Source of the DNA: Eubacteriales bacterium | GTDB lineage: Bacteria; Bacillota; Clostridia; Oscillospirales; SIG627 | Assembly (NCBI GenBank): GCA_045531235.1 | Contig: JAZSDQ010000098.1 | Span: forward strand, 8,554 to 72,553 | DNA length: 64,000 bases | Reading direction: 5' to 3' | Part shown: one piece after another, positions 55,497-64,000 of the stretch | Numbering within the stretch: position 1 is the first letter of the stretch | How the letters are laid out: the number at the start of each line of letters is the position of its first letter | The notes under the pieces: model-generated | The model's input: only the letters and a program-made list of their open reading frames with translations | What the model was told of the DNA's origin: nothing | Databases searched by the model: none | Made by a program: the position numbers and the translations under genes

Positions 55497-56756
55497 ATGA
55501 AAACTCGGATTCGAGCCCACTATCACTGGGTCATTGCCGCCATCGCGCTTTTGATGGTGTTTATTCACAGCGGCGCTGCCAATAATATTTCAAGCCTCTT
55601 TACCCTTCCCGTGACAAAAACCCTGGGCATCACCCGCGCGGAATATTCCTTTGCATTTACTGCAAATGCCGTGGCGGCCATGTTCTCAAGCTTTCTTTCG
55701 GGCGTTGTTTTCAACAAGCTCGGTTTCCGCAAAGCCTCTGCCCTCGGCCTTCTCGCTGCCGCAAGCGGATATGCTCTCCTTGCCTTTTCTCAAAGTTACT
55801 GGATGATGTTCCCTGCCTGTGCCTTGCTGGGCGCATCGCTGGGTATGTGCGGCACGGCAGGCGTTACCCGCGTTGTAGGTGACTGGTTTGTCCGTCACAG
55901 AGGCGTTGTAATGGGCGCAGTCACTGCTTCCTCTGGCATTGGCGGAAGCGTCGTTTGCATCCTCCAGACTCTGGTTATGGAAAGCTTCTCCTGGCGCATT
56001 GCTCTTGGTGCAACTGCCACCGTCCTTGTCCTGTTGGCAATCATTTCCTTTTGCTTTACCCGTTCCAGCCCCTCTGATATGCAGCTAAAACCTTTGGGTG
56101 ACGGAGAAGAGGTCGTTGGAAAGCGCCGCCGCATCTCCGAAAGAGCCCATCCCGGTCTCTCTTTTGATCAGCTGAAAAAGCGCCCCTCCTTCTATTTGAT
56201 GATCCTTTGTATCTTCCTTTCTTGTTTCCCCCATTATTCCGCGTTCAACGTCATCGTTCCCCATCTTGTGGATTGCGGACTTTCCTCGGTGGAAGCGAGC
56301 AGTGTGCAAAGCATATATCTTCTCCTGCTCACAGCAACGAAGTTTTTAGCCGGCGTATTCAGCGACCGTTTCACCCCTTATCGGGTGCAGATCGTGTGTC
56401 TTGCCACCACCGTTTTAAGCCTTGTTCTCATGCCCTTTATCCAAGGCGCAGGGTTTGCCCTTTTTGTTCTCATCATCTACTCCGTCGCAACTCCCGTAAT
56501 GACGGTAATGGTACCCCTTCTCGGCTTTTCCCTCTTTGGTTATAAGGCACAGCAAAACTATTCGGGCATTTTTATTTCTGCAGTTTACGTCGCAAATCTT
56601 GCAGCATCCCCCTTGACCAATACGCTCCACGAGATCTTCGGTTCCTACCGCGTTCCTTTTTTCATTTCCGCAGGAATCGCCGCACTCGCTTTGGTATTGT
56701 TCGTCGTTCTCCGCCATCTGACTAAGAAAGACAGAGCCTTGGAAACAGAAGAATAA
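55497..56756 (+). CDS. MFS transporter
   Basis: The start is trimmed to MKTRIRAHYHW, which follows an AAGGAGA site. The protein has about 12 TM helices. Confidence 0.75.
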   Translation: MKTRIRAHYHWVIAAIALLMVFIHSGAANNISSLFTLPVTKTLGITRAEYSFAFTANAVAAMFSSFLSGVVFNKLGFRKASALGLLAAASGYALLAFSQSYWMMFPACALLGASLGMCGTAGVTRVVGDWFVRHRGVVMGAVTASSGIGGSVVCILQTLVMESFSWRIALGATATVLVLLAIISFCFTRSSPSDMQLKPLGDGEEVVGKRRRISERAHPGLSFDQLKKRPSFYLMILCIFLSCFPHYSAFNVIVPHLVDCGLSSVEASSVQSIYLLLLTATKFLAGVFSDRFTPYRVQIVCLATTVLSLVLMPFIQGAGFALFVLIIYSVATPVMTVMVPLLGFSLFGYKAQQNYSGIFISAVYVANLAASPLTNTLHEIFGSYRVPFFISAGIAALALVLFVVLRHLTKKDRALETEE

Positions 56757-56765
56757 AGATTCCAC

Positions 56766-56797
56766 AAAAAAAGCTTCGGAAAATTCCGAAGCTTTTT
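56766..56797. terminator. Bidirectional terminator
   Basis: AAAAAAGCTTCGGAAAATTCCGAAGCTTTTT. Confidence 0.85.
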
Positions 56798-56802
56798 CTT
56801 TT

Positions 56803-57828
56803 TTATTTGATGGATTCCGCAATACGGAGAATCAATTCGTAGCTTTTCTCCCAGCCAAGGCAAGGATCGGTAATGGACTTGCCGAAGACATCCTCTCCGA
56901 TCTTCTGGCTGCCGTCCTCCAGATAGCTTTCGATCATAAGACCCTTGACCATCTTTTTGATATCCTCATTGTGATTGCGGCTGTAGACCACGTCTTTGGC
57001 AATGCGGATCTGCTCTAAATATCTTTTCCCCGAATTGGCGTGGTTGGTATCTACGATACACGCAGGATTCAAAAGGTGAGAATCACGATAGAGATCGTAA
57101 AGCCTTGCCAGATCCTCATAGTGATAATTGGATACGCATTTTCCCGTGTAATCCACGTAGCCTCGCATAATGGCGTGAGCATAAGGGTTGCCGTCGCTGT
57201 GAACTTCCCAGCCGCGGTACAGGAAGGTATGGGCGCCCTGAGCAGCGTGAATGGAATTCATCATTACCGTAAGATCGCCGCCGGTGGGATTTTTCATTCC
57301 CACGGGTACGTCCAGCCCAGAGGCCGTCAGTCTGTGCTGCTGATTTTCCACCGATCTTGCGCCTACGGCAATATACGCCAGAAGGTCGGAAAGATAGCGG
57401 TGATTTTCGGGGTACAGCATTTCATCGGCACAGGTAAAGCCGTAATCGGAAAGGGCGGAACGGTGAAGCTCGCGAATGGCAATAATTCCCTTGAGCATAT
57501 CCGGTCTGCCTGCAGGATCGGGCTGATGAAGCATTCCCTTATAGCCCTCTCCCGTGGTACGTGGCTTATTGGTATAAATACGGGGGATTATGAGAAGCTT
57601 GTCCTTCGTTTCTTCCTGCGCACGGCAAAGCTTTTCCATATATTGAAGAACCGCATCCCGATTGTCTGCAGAGCAAGGACCGATGATGAGAACGAATTTA
57701 TTACTTTTTCCCGCAAAAACATCTCTGAGCTCCTGCACTTTTTCTTCCCGCACCTTCACCCATTCGGGCTTTAGGGGGAATTCTTTTTTGATCTCCTGAG
57801 GAATGGGGAGTTTTCGGATAAAATTCAT
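56803..57828 (-). CDS. 3-deoxy-7-phosphoheptulonate (DAHP) synthase, class I
   Basis: The start is trimmed to MNFIRKLP. Motifs: IIGPCSADN and IYTNKPRTTGEGYKGM. Confidence 0.85.
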   Translation of the reverse strand: MNFIRKLPIPQEIKKEFPLKPEWVKVREEKVQELRDVFAGKSNKFVLIIGPCSADNRDAVLQYMEKLCRAQEETKDKLLIIPRIYTNKPRTTGEGYKGMLHQPDPAGRPDMLKGIIAIRELHRSALSDYGFTCADEMLYPENHRYLSDLLAYIAVGARSVENQQHRLTASGLDVPVGMKNPTGGDLTVMMNSIHAAQGAHTFLYRGWEVHSDGNPYAHAIMRGYVDYTGKCVSNYHYEDLARLYDLYRDSHLLNPACIVDTNHANSGKRYLEQIRIAKDVVYSRNHNEDIKKMVKGLMIESYLEDGSQKIGEDVFGKSITDPCLGWEKSYELILRIAESIK

Positions 57829-57829
57829 T

Positions 57830-58699
57830 TCATTTCTCCTTTTTATCAAACAAAGCACGGCGAGCAGTGGAAAGGCGCATCATTTCTTTCATTCCCTCCA
57901 CGTCTTCCTTGCGAATGGCATCGGCAAGAGCGGAAAAAGAAGCCTGAAATTTATCGATCTGACGAATGAGCGCATCTTTATTCAAAAGGAAGAGCTCACT
58001 CCAAAGATCCTCCTGAATTCTTGCAATGCGGGTGAGATCGCGGAAGGAGTCACCGGTGTAGTTAACAAGGCCCGTATCGTCCCCTGCGCACATCAGGCTG
58101 ACGGCAATGCAGTGGGTCAGCTGAGAAAGGAAGGCGATCATTTCGTCGTGCTTTTCGGGAGTAAGTACGGAAATGCTGCGGAAACCAAGCTCTCTGCCAA
58201 GCTCCTTACAAAGCTCCACGGCAAGATTTGAATTTTTCGCCGTGGGAACTACAATGTAGTTTGCTTCCCGGAAAATGCTGTCATCACTGTTTTCCACACC
58301 ACCCTTTTCTTTCCCTGCCATAGGGTGCGCGGCAATGTACTCCACGCCGTCGGGAAGAAGCGACTGCACCTCATCCACCACGGCGCTTTTAACGCCGGTA
58401 ACGTCGGTAAGAATAGCTCCTTCGCGGAAAAGATGGCCGTTTTCGCGGATCCAATCCACAAATACGTGGGGATACAGAGCAAATACCGTAATATCCGCCT
58501 CGCGCATAAAGCTTTCCTCTACCCGTGTGCTGCCTCGGTCAATGATGCCTTTTTCCAAAGCGTACTGCACGGAGGAGTTTTTCTTTTCAATGGCAAACAC
58601 CGTATAGCCCTTCTTTTTCAAGGCGCGGGCGTAAGAACCGCCGAGAAGTCCGAGACCTACGATAAGAATTTTTGTTTCAGCATTTTTGTTCAGTTTCAT
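57830..58699 (-). CDS. tyrA: Prephenate dehydrogenase
   Basis: ILIVGLGLLGGSYA (Rossmann motif) and HPMAG. Confidence 0.85.
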   Translation of the reverse strand: MKLNKNAETKILIVGLGLLGGSYARALKKKGYTVFAIEKKNSSVQYALEKGIIDRGSTRVEESFMREADITVFALYPHVFVDWIRENGHLFREGAILTDVTGVKSAVVDEVQSLLPDGVEYIAAHPMAGKEKGGVENSDDSIFREANYIVVPTAKNSNLAVELCKELGRELGFRSISVLTPEKHDEMIAFLSQLTHCIAVSLMCAGDDTGLVNYTGDSFRDLTRIARIQEDLWSELFLLNKDALIRQIDKFQASFSALADAIRKEDVEGMKEMMRLSTARRALFDKKEK

Positions 58700-59898
58700 T
58701 TTTCCATCACTTCAATTCCGAGAGATTTTATTGTTTCATAAAAATCGGGATAGCTTTTGGCAACTGCCTCAGCTCCCTCAAGGATGCCGCCGATGCGGCT
58801 GAGGATCACACTCATTGCCATGGCAATTCTGTGATCGTTGTGACTTTTTATTGTTTCCGTGGGGGGCTTTAGTTCCCCTTTGGGTACGATGATCTCATTT
58901 TCATACAGCTGAAGGCAAATTCCGCATTTTCTAAGCTCCTCCGCCATAGCAGCGCCGCGGTCACTTTCTTTGATGCGAAGCCTTGCCGTACCCGTAAATC
59001 TTCCGCCGTGGAAATACGCCGCCAGGGCAAAAAGCACGGGAGCAAGATCGGGGCAGTCGGAAAGATCCACTGTAGGACTCCCCGTTTGAAGCAAAGGGAA
59101 AATATCACGGTACACCCGATCTCCCTGGAGAGAATCGTCCCGCAATCCCAAAACAGATACGTTTCCGCCCACCAAAGTAAAAGCATCAAGAAATGCAGCG
59201 TTGGAAAAATCGCCCTCCACCGTAAAATCGCGGTTTTGGAACGAACTCTTTCCCGACAGGAAGAAGCTGTTTTCCTTTCTTTCAATTTTCACACCAAAAG
59301 CAGAAAGCGCAGAAAGGGTCATATCAATATACGAGGCGCTTTCCATTCCGCCCGTGACCTCAAGAGTGCTTTCCTCCGGCAGAAGGGACAGGGCAAACAA
59401 AAGCCCTGTAATGAATTGACTGGAAATATTGCCGGGTACGGAATATTTGCCTCCCGAAAGCTTACCTGCCACGCGGATTCCTTCCGACGAACGCTGAAAG
59501 AGAAAGCCTTTTTCACGGCAAAGATCTTCATATACACCCAAAGGACGCTCCATGAGGCGGGGCGCTCCCTGAAGAAGAAATTCTTCTCCCGTCAGAAGGC
59601 AAAGAGGTATGAGAAAACGGAGGGTGCTGCCGCTTTCCCTGCAGCAAAGAGGCTTTCCCGTATTTTTGGGAAATCCCATTCCACGGACGAGAACGGTTTC
59701 TCCATCACGGCGAAATTCCGCTCCCAATGCCGCAAGGCAATCCATGGTTGCCAGCATATCCTGGGAAAGAGCGATGGGAGAAAGGCGGGTTTCTCCTTTG
59801 GCAAGGGCGGCGGAAATCAGCGCCCTGTGGGCCATACTTTTGGAAGGCGGCGCACTCGCCTTACCCTTGGCAAACGAGGGGGTAAATTGGAGTGTCAT
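58696..59898 (-). CDS. aroA: 3-phosphoshikimate 1-carboxyvinyltransferase (EPSP synthase)
   Basis: 400 aa. Motifs: PPSKSMAHRALI, LRIKESDR and NDHRIAMA. Confidence 0.9.
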   Translation of the reverse strand: MTLQFTPSFAKGKASAPPSKSMAHRALISAALAKGETRLSPIALSQDMLATMDCLAALGAEFRRDGETVLVRGMGFPKNTGKPLCCRESGSTLRFLIPLCLLTGEEFLLQGAPRLMERPLGVYEDLCREKGFLFQRSSEGIRVAGKLSGGKYSVPGNISSQFITGLLFALSLLPEESTLEVTGGMESASYIDMTLSALSAFGVKIERKENSFFLSGKSSFQNRDFTVEGDFSNAAFLDAFTLVGGNVSVLGLRDDSLQGDRVYRDIFPLLQTGSPTVDLSDCPDLAPVLFALAAYFHGGRFTGTARLRIKESDRGAAMAEELRKCGICLQLYENEIIVPKGELKPPTETIKSHNDHRIAMAMSVILSRIGGILEGAEAVAKSYPDFYETIKSLGIEVMEK

Positions 59899-60335
59899 AT
59901 TTTTTTCCTCTGTCCGTCAATGAGAATATCCATAGCTTCCAGATATCCTGCAAATCCTTTTCCCGTTACGGTAGCAACGCAAGCAGAGCGAACGTAGCTT
60001 ATCTGACGGAATTCTTCTCTTTCATTCACTTTGGAGATATGCACCTCCACCGTAGGAATGGAAACGGCCTTCACCGCGTCCAGAATGGCAACGCTGGTGT
60101 GGGTATAAGCGGCAGGATTGAATACGATGCCATCGGTATTGCCGAACGCTCCCTGAATGGCATCTACCAGAGCGCCTTCGTGGTTGGACTGAAAAAATTC
60201 CACTTCCACACCACGCTTTTCTGCATGAGCGCGGCAAAGGGCGCACAAGTCTTCATAGCTTTCACTGCCGTAAAGTCCCGGCTCCCGAATTCCCAAAAAA
60301 TTCAGATTCGGTCCGTTGAGTATAAGAAGTTTCAT
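59895..60335 (-). CDS. aroQ: Type II 3-dehydroquinate dehydratase
   Basis: MKLLILNGPNLNFLGIREPGLYG...QSNHEG...NPAAYTHTS. Confidence 0.92.
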   Translation of the reverse strand: MKLLILNGPNLNFLGIREPGLYGSESYEDLCALCRAHAEKRGVEVEFFQSNHEGALVDAIQGAFGNTDGIVFNPAAYTHTSVAILDAVKAVSIPTVEVHISKVNEREEFRQISYVRSACVATVTGKGFAGYLEAMDILIDGQRKKI

Positions 60336-61567
60336 AAGATCTCCTTTTTGATCGCCTTAAGATTTTCTTCCAGATTCCGAGTCACGGGGACGATCACGTC
60401 TGCCGTGGCGCAGTAAATATCGTAGCGTTCTTCATAGCGCTGACGGAGAGCCTCGGGTGTGGAAGAAAGGGGTCTGTCCGACGTAGAAACCAAGGTTTCA
60501 AGGGGCGCATCGAGGAAAAAGATCCTGCCGTTTCCACGAAGCAGGTCAACGTTTCTTTCTCTTAATACCGCGCCGCCGCCTGTGGCAAGCACGATACTCT
60601 CTTTTTCGCCGAGTTTGCGGATCACACGGCTTTCCAGATCGCGGAATGCCGCCTCTCCCTCTTCTTGAAAGATCTGCGGAATGGGCTTTCCTGCCTCACG
60701 GACGATTTCCTCGTCACTGTCAAAAAATTCTCTTCCCAAAGCAGCGGCAAGGGCTTTGCCCACAGTGCTTTTTCCACTGCCTGGCATTCCCGTAAGAACG
60801 ATGTTTTCTTTGGAGGAATAAATTTCTCTTGCAATCTCCTCACAGCGCTCCAGCACACTGTCATCCTCTGCAAAAAGCCGTGCGGCGTACATTGCCTGAG
60901 ATACCAGCATAAAAAGGCCGCCCGTTGTGCGAAGCCCCCTCTTGGATCCATCCAGAACGATCTGGCTCTTGAGAGGATTGTATATGGCATCTGCCACCGC
61001 CTCAAGGCGGGGAAACGCCGAAAGATCGATAGCGCTTTCTCCCATATTGGGATACATTCCCACGGGCGTAGTATTGATGATCACTTCCGTATCTTTACGC
61101 GTCAGAGCCTCTTCATAGCTGATGGCGCCGTCTTTTGCCGTGCGGCTGACTCTTTCCACACGCCTTGCCCCCTCCATACGGCAAAGGCAAAGCGCCGTGC
61201 CGGAGGTGCCGCCGGAGCCGAGAATGAGAACGTTTTTATTTTTCAGTTCGATCCCTGCGCGGGAAAGCATGTGCTTCATGCCGAAAATATCGGTGTTATA
61301 ACCGTAAAGCTTACCGTCACGGCGAACAACGGTATTCACCGCGCCGCAAAGCCGCGCTTCTTCGGAAATTTCCGCAAGATACGGGATCACGGCTTTTTTA
61401 TAGGGAATGGTAACGTTGATACCGTCAAAATCGGCTTTGGTCATAAATTCATGAAGCTTTTCTTTTTCTATAGGCCAAAGCTCGTAGCTATATTTTCCAA
61501 GTTTAGAGTGAATGATCCCCGAAAAGCTGTGTCCTAATTTTTCTCCGATGAGACCGTATTTTTTCAT
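60332..61567 (-). CDS. Bifunctional shikimate dehydrogenase / shikimate kinase fusion
   Basis: The N-terminal ~260 aa are AroE-like (GLIGEKLGHSFS, NVTIPYK, GSGGTSG). The C-terminal ~150 aa are AroK-like (LTGMPGSGKSTVG, DSDEEI, GGG). Confidence 0.85.
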   Translation of the reverse strand: MKKYGLIGEKLGHSFSGIIHSKLGKYSYELWPIEKEKLHEFMTKADFDGINVTIPYKKAVIPYLAEISEEARLCGAVNTVVRRDGKLYGYNTDIFGMKHMLSRAGIELKNKNVLILGSGGTSGTALCLCRMEGARRVERVSRTAKDGAISYEEALTRKDTEVIINTTPVGMYPNMGESAIDLSAFPRLEAVADAIYNPLKSQIVLDGSKRGLRTTGGLFMLVSQAMYAARLFAEDDSVLERCEEIAREIYSSKENIVLTGMPGSGKSTVGKALAAALGREFFDSDEEIVREAGKPIPQIFQEEGEAAFRDLESRVIRKLGEKESIVLATGGGAVLRERNVDLLRGNGRIFFLDAPLETLVSTSDRPLSSTPEALRQRYEERYDIYCATADVIVPVTRNLEENLKAIKKEIL

Positions 61568-62658
61568 TCTTTTTCTCCCGCAAAAAAATCCGTGCCGAAG
61601 CGGGCAGTCAAAGCATCGGCAATGACAAGGGCCGTGACACTGTCCTGAACGATCCTTGCCCGATGAACGATGCAGGGATCGTGTCTGCCGCCGGAGGAAA
61701 TCACATCCTTTTCTCCCGATTTCAGATCTACGGTGTTCTGCTCTTTTCCGATGGTAGGCGTAGGCTTGATCGCCGTGCGGAACAACAGGGGCATACCATT
61801 CGTGATACCGCCTAAGATCCCGCCGCAGCGGTTGGTTGCCGTCGTTTCGCCGGAGATGGCAATGATAGCGTCATTGGACTCGCTGCCGCGCATTTCGGCA
61901 AGCTGAAAGCCGTCGCCGAATTCCACTCCCTTGACTGCAGGAATGGAAAAGAGAGCGTGGGAAAGCAAGCCTTCCATGGTATCAAACCAAGGCTCGCCGA
62001 CGCCGCATGGCATACCGACAACCGCAGTTTCCAATACGCCGCCGACGCTGTCACGATCGGCTTTTGCAGCAAGAATGGCCGCTTCCATTTTTTCTGCCGC
62101 TTCCTCGGAAAGGGTGGCAAAGGGTTTTCCCGAAAGGGCTTTGATGTCCTCCCGAAGATCGCCAAAGGCGCGGTCGCGAATCCCTGCAACGGAATGAACG
62201 TGGGTGCCGATCAAAATTCCCTTTTTCTCCAGCGCTTCCGTGAGCATAGCTCCTGCTGCTACCAGGGGCGCGGTAATTCTTCCTGAAAAATGACCGCCGC
62301 CGCGAGAGTCCTGAAAGCCGTGATATTTCATTTCGGCAGTCAGATCGGCGTGACCGGGACGGCAAAGGGTCTTGCCCTCGTAGTCTTTTGAGTGCTGATC
62401 CATATTGGGGATCACGATGCAAAGGGGCGTGCCCGTGGTTTTTCCGTCTTTTACACCGCTGACAATATGAACGGGGTCCGGCTCACGGCGAGCGGTAGAA
62501 ACTGCTCCCTGAGGACGGCGAAGCGCCATTTTTTCATTGATTCGCTCTTCGTTTACGGTCATACCGGGGGCAAGTCCGTCCAGCACACAGCCGATGGCAG
62601 TGCCGTGACTTTCCCCAAACAGGGTCAAGGTAATGGCGTTTCCAAAGGTATTTTTCAT
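61564..62658 (-). CDS. aroC: Chorismate synthase
   Basis: TLFGESHG, RPGHAD, GGGHFSGR and GGRHDPC. Confidence 0.93.
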   Translation of the reverse strand: MKNTFGNAITLTLFGESHGTAIGCVLDGLAPGMTVNEERINEKMALRRPQGAVSTARREPDPVHIVSGVKDGKTTGTPLCIVIPNMDQHSKDYEGKTLCRPGHADLTAEMKYHGFQDSRGGGHFSGRITAPLVAAGAMLTEALEKKGILIGTHVHSVAGIRDRAFGDLREDIKALSGKPFATLSEEAAEKMEAAILAAKADRDSVGGVLETAVVGMPCGVGEPWFDTMEGLLSHALFSIPAVKGVEFGDGFQLAEMRGSESNDAIIAISGETTATNRCGGILGGITNGMPLLFRTAIKPTPTIGKEQNTVDLKSGEKDVISSGGRHDPCIVHRARIVQDSVTALVIADALTARFGTDFFAGEKE

Positions 62659-63671
62659 TGTAAGCCGCCTTTCACTTCTTCTTCAAACTTTGAAAAGGGA
62701 ATCTTATCCAAGCGGTAAGTACCGATCTTATCTACACGAACTACCGAAATGGAATCTCCCGACATTTTTTTATCGTGGCGCATTGCCTCTGTCAATACAG
62801 AAGGATCCCCCTGCCATACAGTGGGAAGGCCGATCTTTTTCAGCAGTTTTTCCAAGCGAGGTCGGTCCGAGGGAGCGCACATGGGAAGCATACCCAGCGC
62901 AACGCTTTCTCCGTGGGTAAAGGGCTTCCCGCTTTTATGGCTTTCGCTTTCAATGGCGTGGGCAAGGGTGTGGCCGAAATTCAAAACCTTTCTCAGACCG
63001 GCTTCCCTCTCGTCCTGTTCCACCACCATTTTCTTTACGCGAAGGCTTTTTTCAATGACAAGATCGATTTCCGCCAAGGGATCCTTTTCTTCCATCAATT
63101 GGAAAAAGTCTTCATCAAAGGTGGCTGCCATTTTTACCGATTCCGCAAGTCCCGAAGCGATCTGCCTTTGGGGGAGGGTTTTCAGGGTTTCGGAATCAAT
63201 AAGAACGCCCTTGGGAGGATAAAAAGCACCTACCATATTTTTAAGTCCCATAAAATTCACCGCCACTTTGCCGCCGATGGACGAATCCACCTGACTGAGA
63301 ACGGTGGTGGGAATGTTGTAAAAATCCACGCCTCTGACGAATGCCGAAGCCACAAAGCCTGCCAGATCTCCTACCACGCCGCCGCCGAGAGCAATGACAC
63401 AGTCGGTTCTGGTAAAGCCTTTCTCAAGCATTTTTCCGAGGATCGCTTCAAAAGAATGAAGGCTTTTAGAGCCCTCTCCTTGGGGAATGACAAAAACGGT
63501 AGCGTCCTTGCACTCCTTTTCCAAGGTCTTTACGTATTCTGTAGGAATTCCGTCATCGGTGACGATCATACATTTCCGATCCAGCGGAAAGATCTCCGCC
63601 GCTTTTTTTAAACCGCCGCGCTCCAGATGAATGGGATATTCCCCGTCACGGGTGGAAACTGAAATTATCAT
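62655..63671 (-). CDS. aroB: 3-dehydroquinate synthase
   Basis: The start is trimmed to MIISVSTRDG, which follows a GGAG site. Motifs: GGGVVGDLAGF, LNFGHTLAHAIE and HGESVALGM. Confidence 0.9.
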   Translation of the reverse strand: MIISVSTRDGEYPIHLERGGLKKAAEIFPLDRKCMIVTDDGIPTEYVKTLEKECKDATVFVIPQGEGSKSLHSFEAILGKMLEKGFTRTDCVIALGGGVVGDLAGFVASAFVRGVDFYNIPTTVLSQVDSSIGGKVAVNFMGLKNMVGAFYPPKGVLIDSETLKTLPQRQIASGLAESVKMAATFDEDFFQLMEEKDPLAEIDLVIEKSLRVKKMVVEQDEREAGLRKVLNFGHTLAHAIESESHKSGKPFTHGESVALGMLPMCAPSDRPRLEKLLKKIGLPTVWQGDPSVLTEAMRHDKKMSGDSISVVRVDKIGTYRLDKIPFSKFEEEVKGGLQ

Positions 63672-63675
63672 AGAT

Positions 63676-64000
63676 CTACTCCAAAACGATCTCTTTTTCA
63701 AAAGATCCGAGAATTTTCAAATCGTTGCAATTTTCCGAAAGAGCGGCAAGCATTTTTTCGCCCTCGGGGCTGAATACCGGGCCTTCGCCTTCACAGAAGA
63801 AATAATACTCCCAGGAAAGATGCTTGGTAGGACGGCTTTTGATGGCACGCAGATTAAATCCGCTTTCACCGATAGCGGAGATTGCTTTTGCCAAAGCGCC
63901 TGCCTCATTCTTTACGGTAAAGAGCATCAAAAAGTGGCGATCCGCAGGTTTTTGCTCTTTCATGGTGCGGCTGAACACTGCAAAGCGCGTGGTGTTGCCG
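63676..64000 (-). CDS. pheA: Prephenate dehydratase, C-terminal ACT-domain part (5' end beyond the window)
   Basis: The frame stays open to the window edge (...GNTTRFAVFSRT). It has the TRF motif and the ACT region LMLFTVKNEAGALAKAISAIGESGFNLRAIKSRP. Confidence 0.8.
   Translation of the reverse strand, partial: GNTTRFAVFSRTMKEQKPADRHFLMLFTVKNEAGALAKAISAIGESGFNLRAIKSRPTKHLSWEYYFFCEGEGPVFSPEGEKMLAALSENCNDLKILGSFEKEIVLE

Overview
This 64-kb window looks like chromosomal DNA from a Firmicutes/Clostridia-type bacterium. The evidence is a T-box leader, an L-box (lysine) riboswitch, a CIRCE operator, sortases, a CpsBCD module, and LCP, YfhO and GtrA envelope genes. Overall G+C is roughly 50% by eye.

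Most of the window is housekeeping. It includes glyA (cut by the window edge), an L-box-controlled dapA / aspartate kinase / lysA operon, gdhA, T-box-controlled thrS, uppP, CIRCE-groES-groEL and pfkA. There is also a lon-engB-helicase-sortase B string, dut, and an eight-gene aromatic amino acid operon (pheA' through a DAHP synthase). A long minus-strand envelope cluster runs from a NahK-like kinase through CpsC/D/B, a sortase with its substrate, LCP and YfhO.

The one clearly accessory region is at 9.6-12.6 kb. A segment made of the 3' part of tRNA-Ala, a terminator and the 3' end of gtrA is present twice as direct repeats. The two copies bracket a 2.15-kb AT-rich insert with no integrase. The insert carries fragments of XRE-type regulator genes and a self-contained three-gene cassette: two translationally coupled DUF488 paralogs and a 201-aa protein I cannot assign. 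I consider this cassette the best candidate for an undescribed system.

Other points worth a second look:
- a 75-nt cloverleaf (tRNA-like) element between a SigH-like sigma gene and a zinc-ribbon gene
- three tandem orphan solute-binding-type lipoprotein paralogs
- a sortase paired with a substrate carrying a non-canonical IKPTG signal
- a sortase B with a ~140-aa lysine-rich N-terminal extension
- a DinG/XPD-type helicase with a ~160-aa N-terminal extra domain

All calls come from reading the sequence and the supplied translations. No database search was run.
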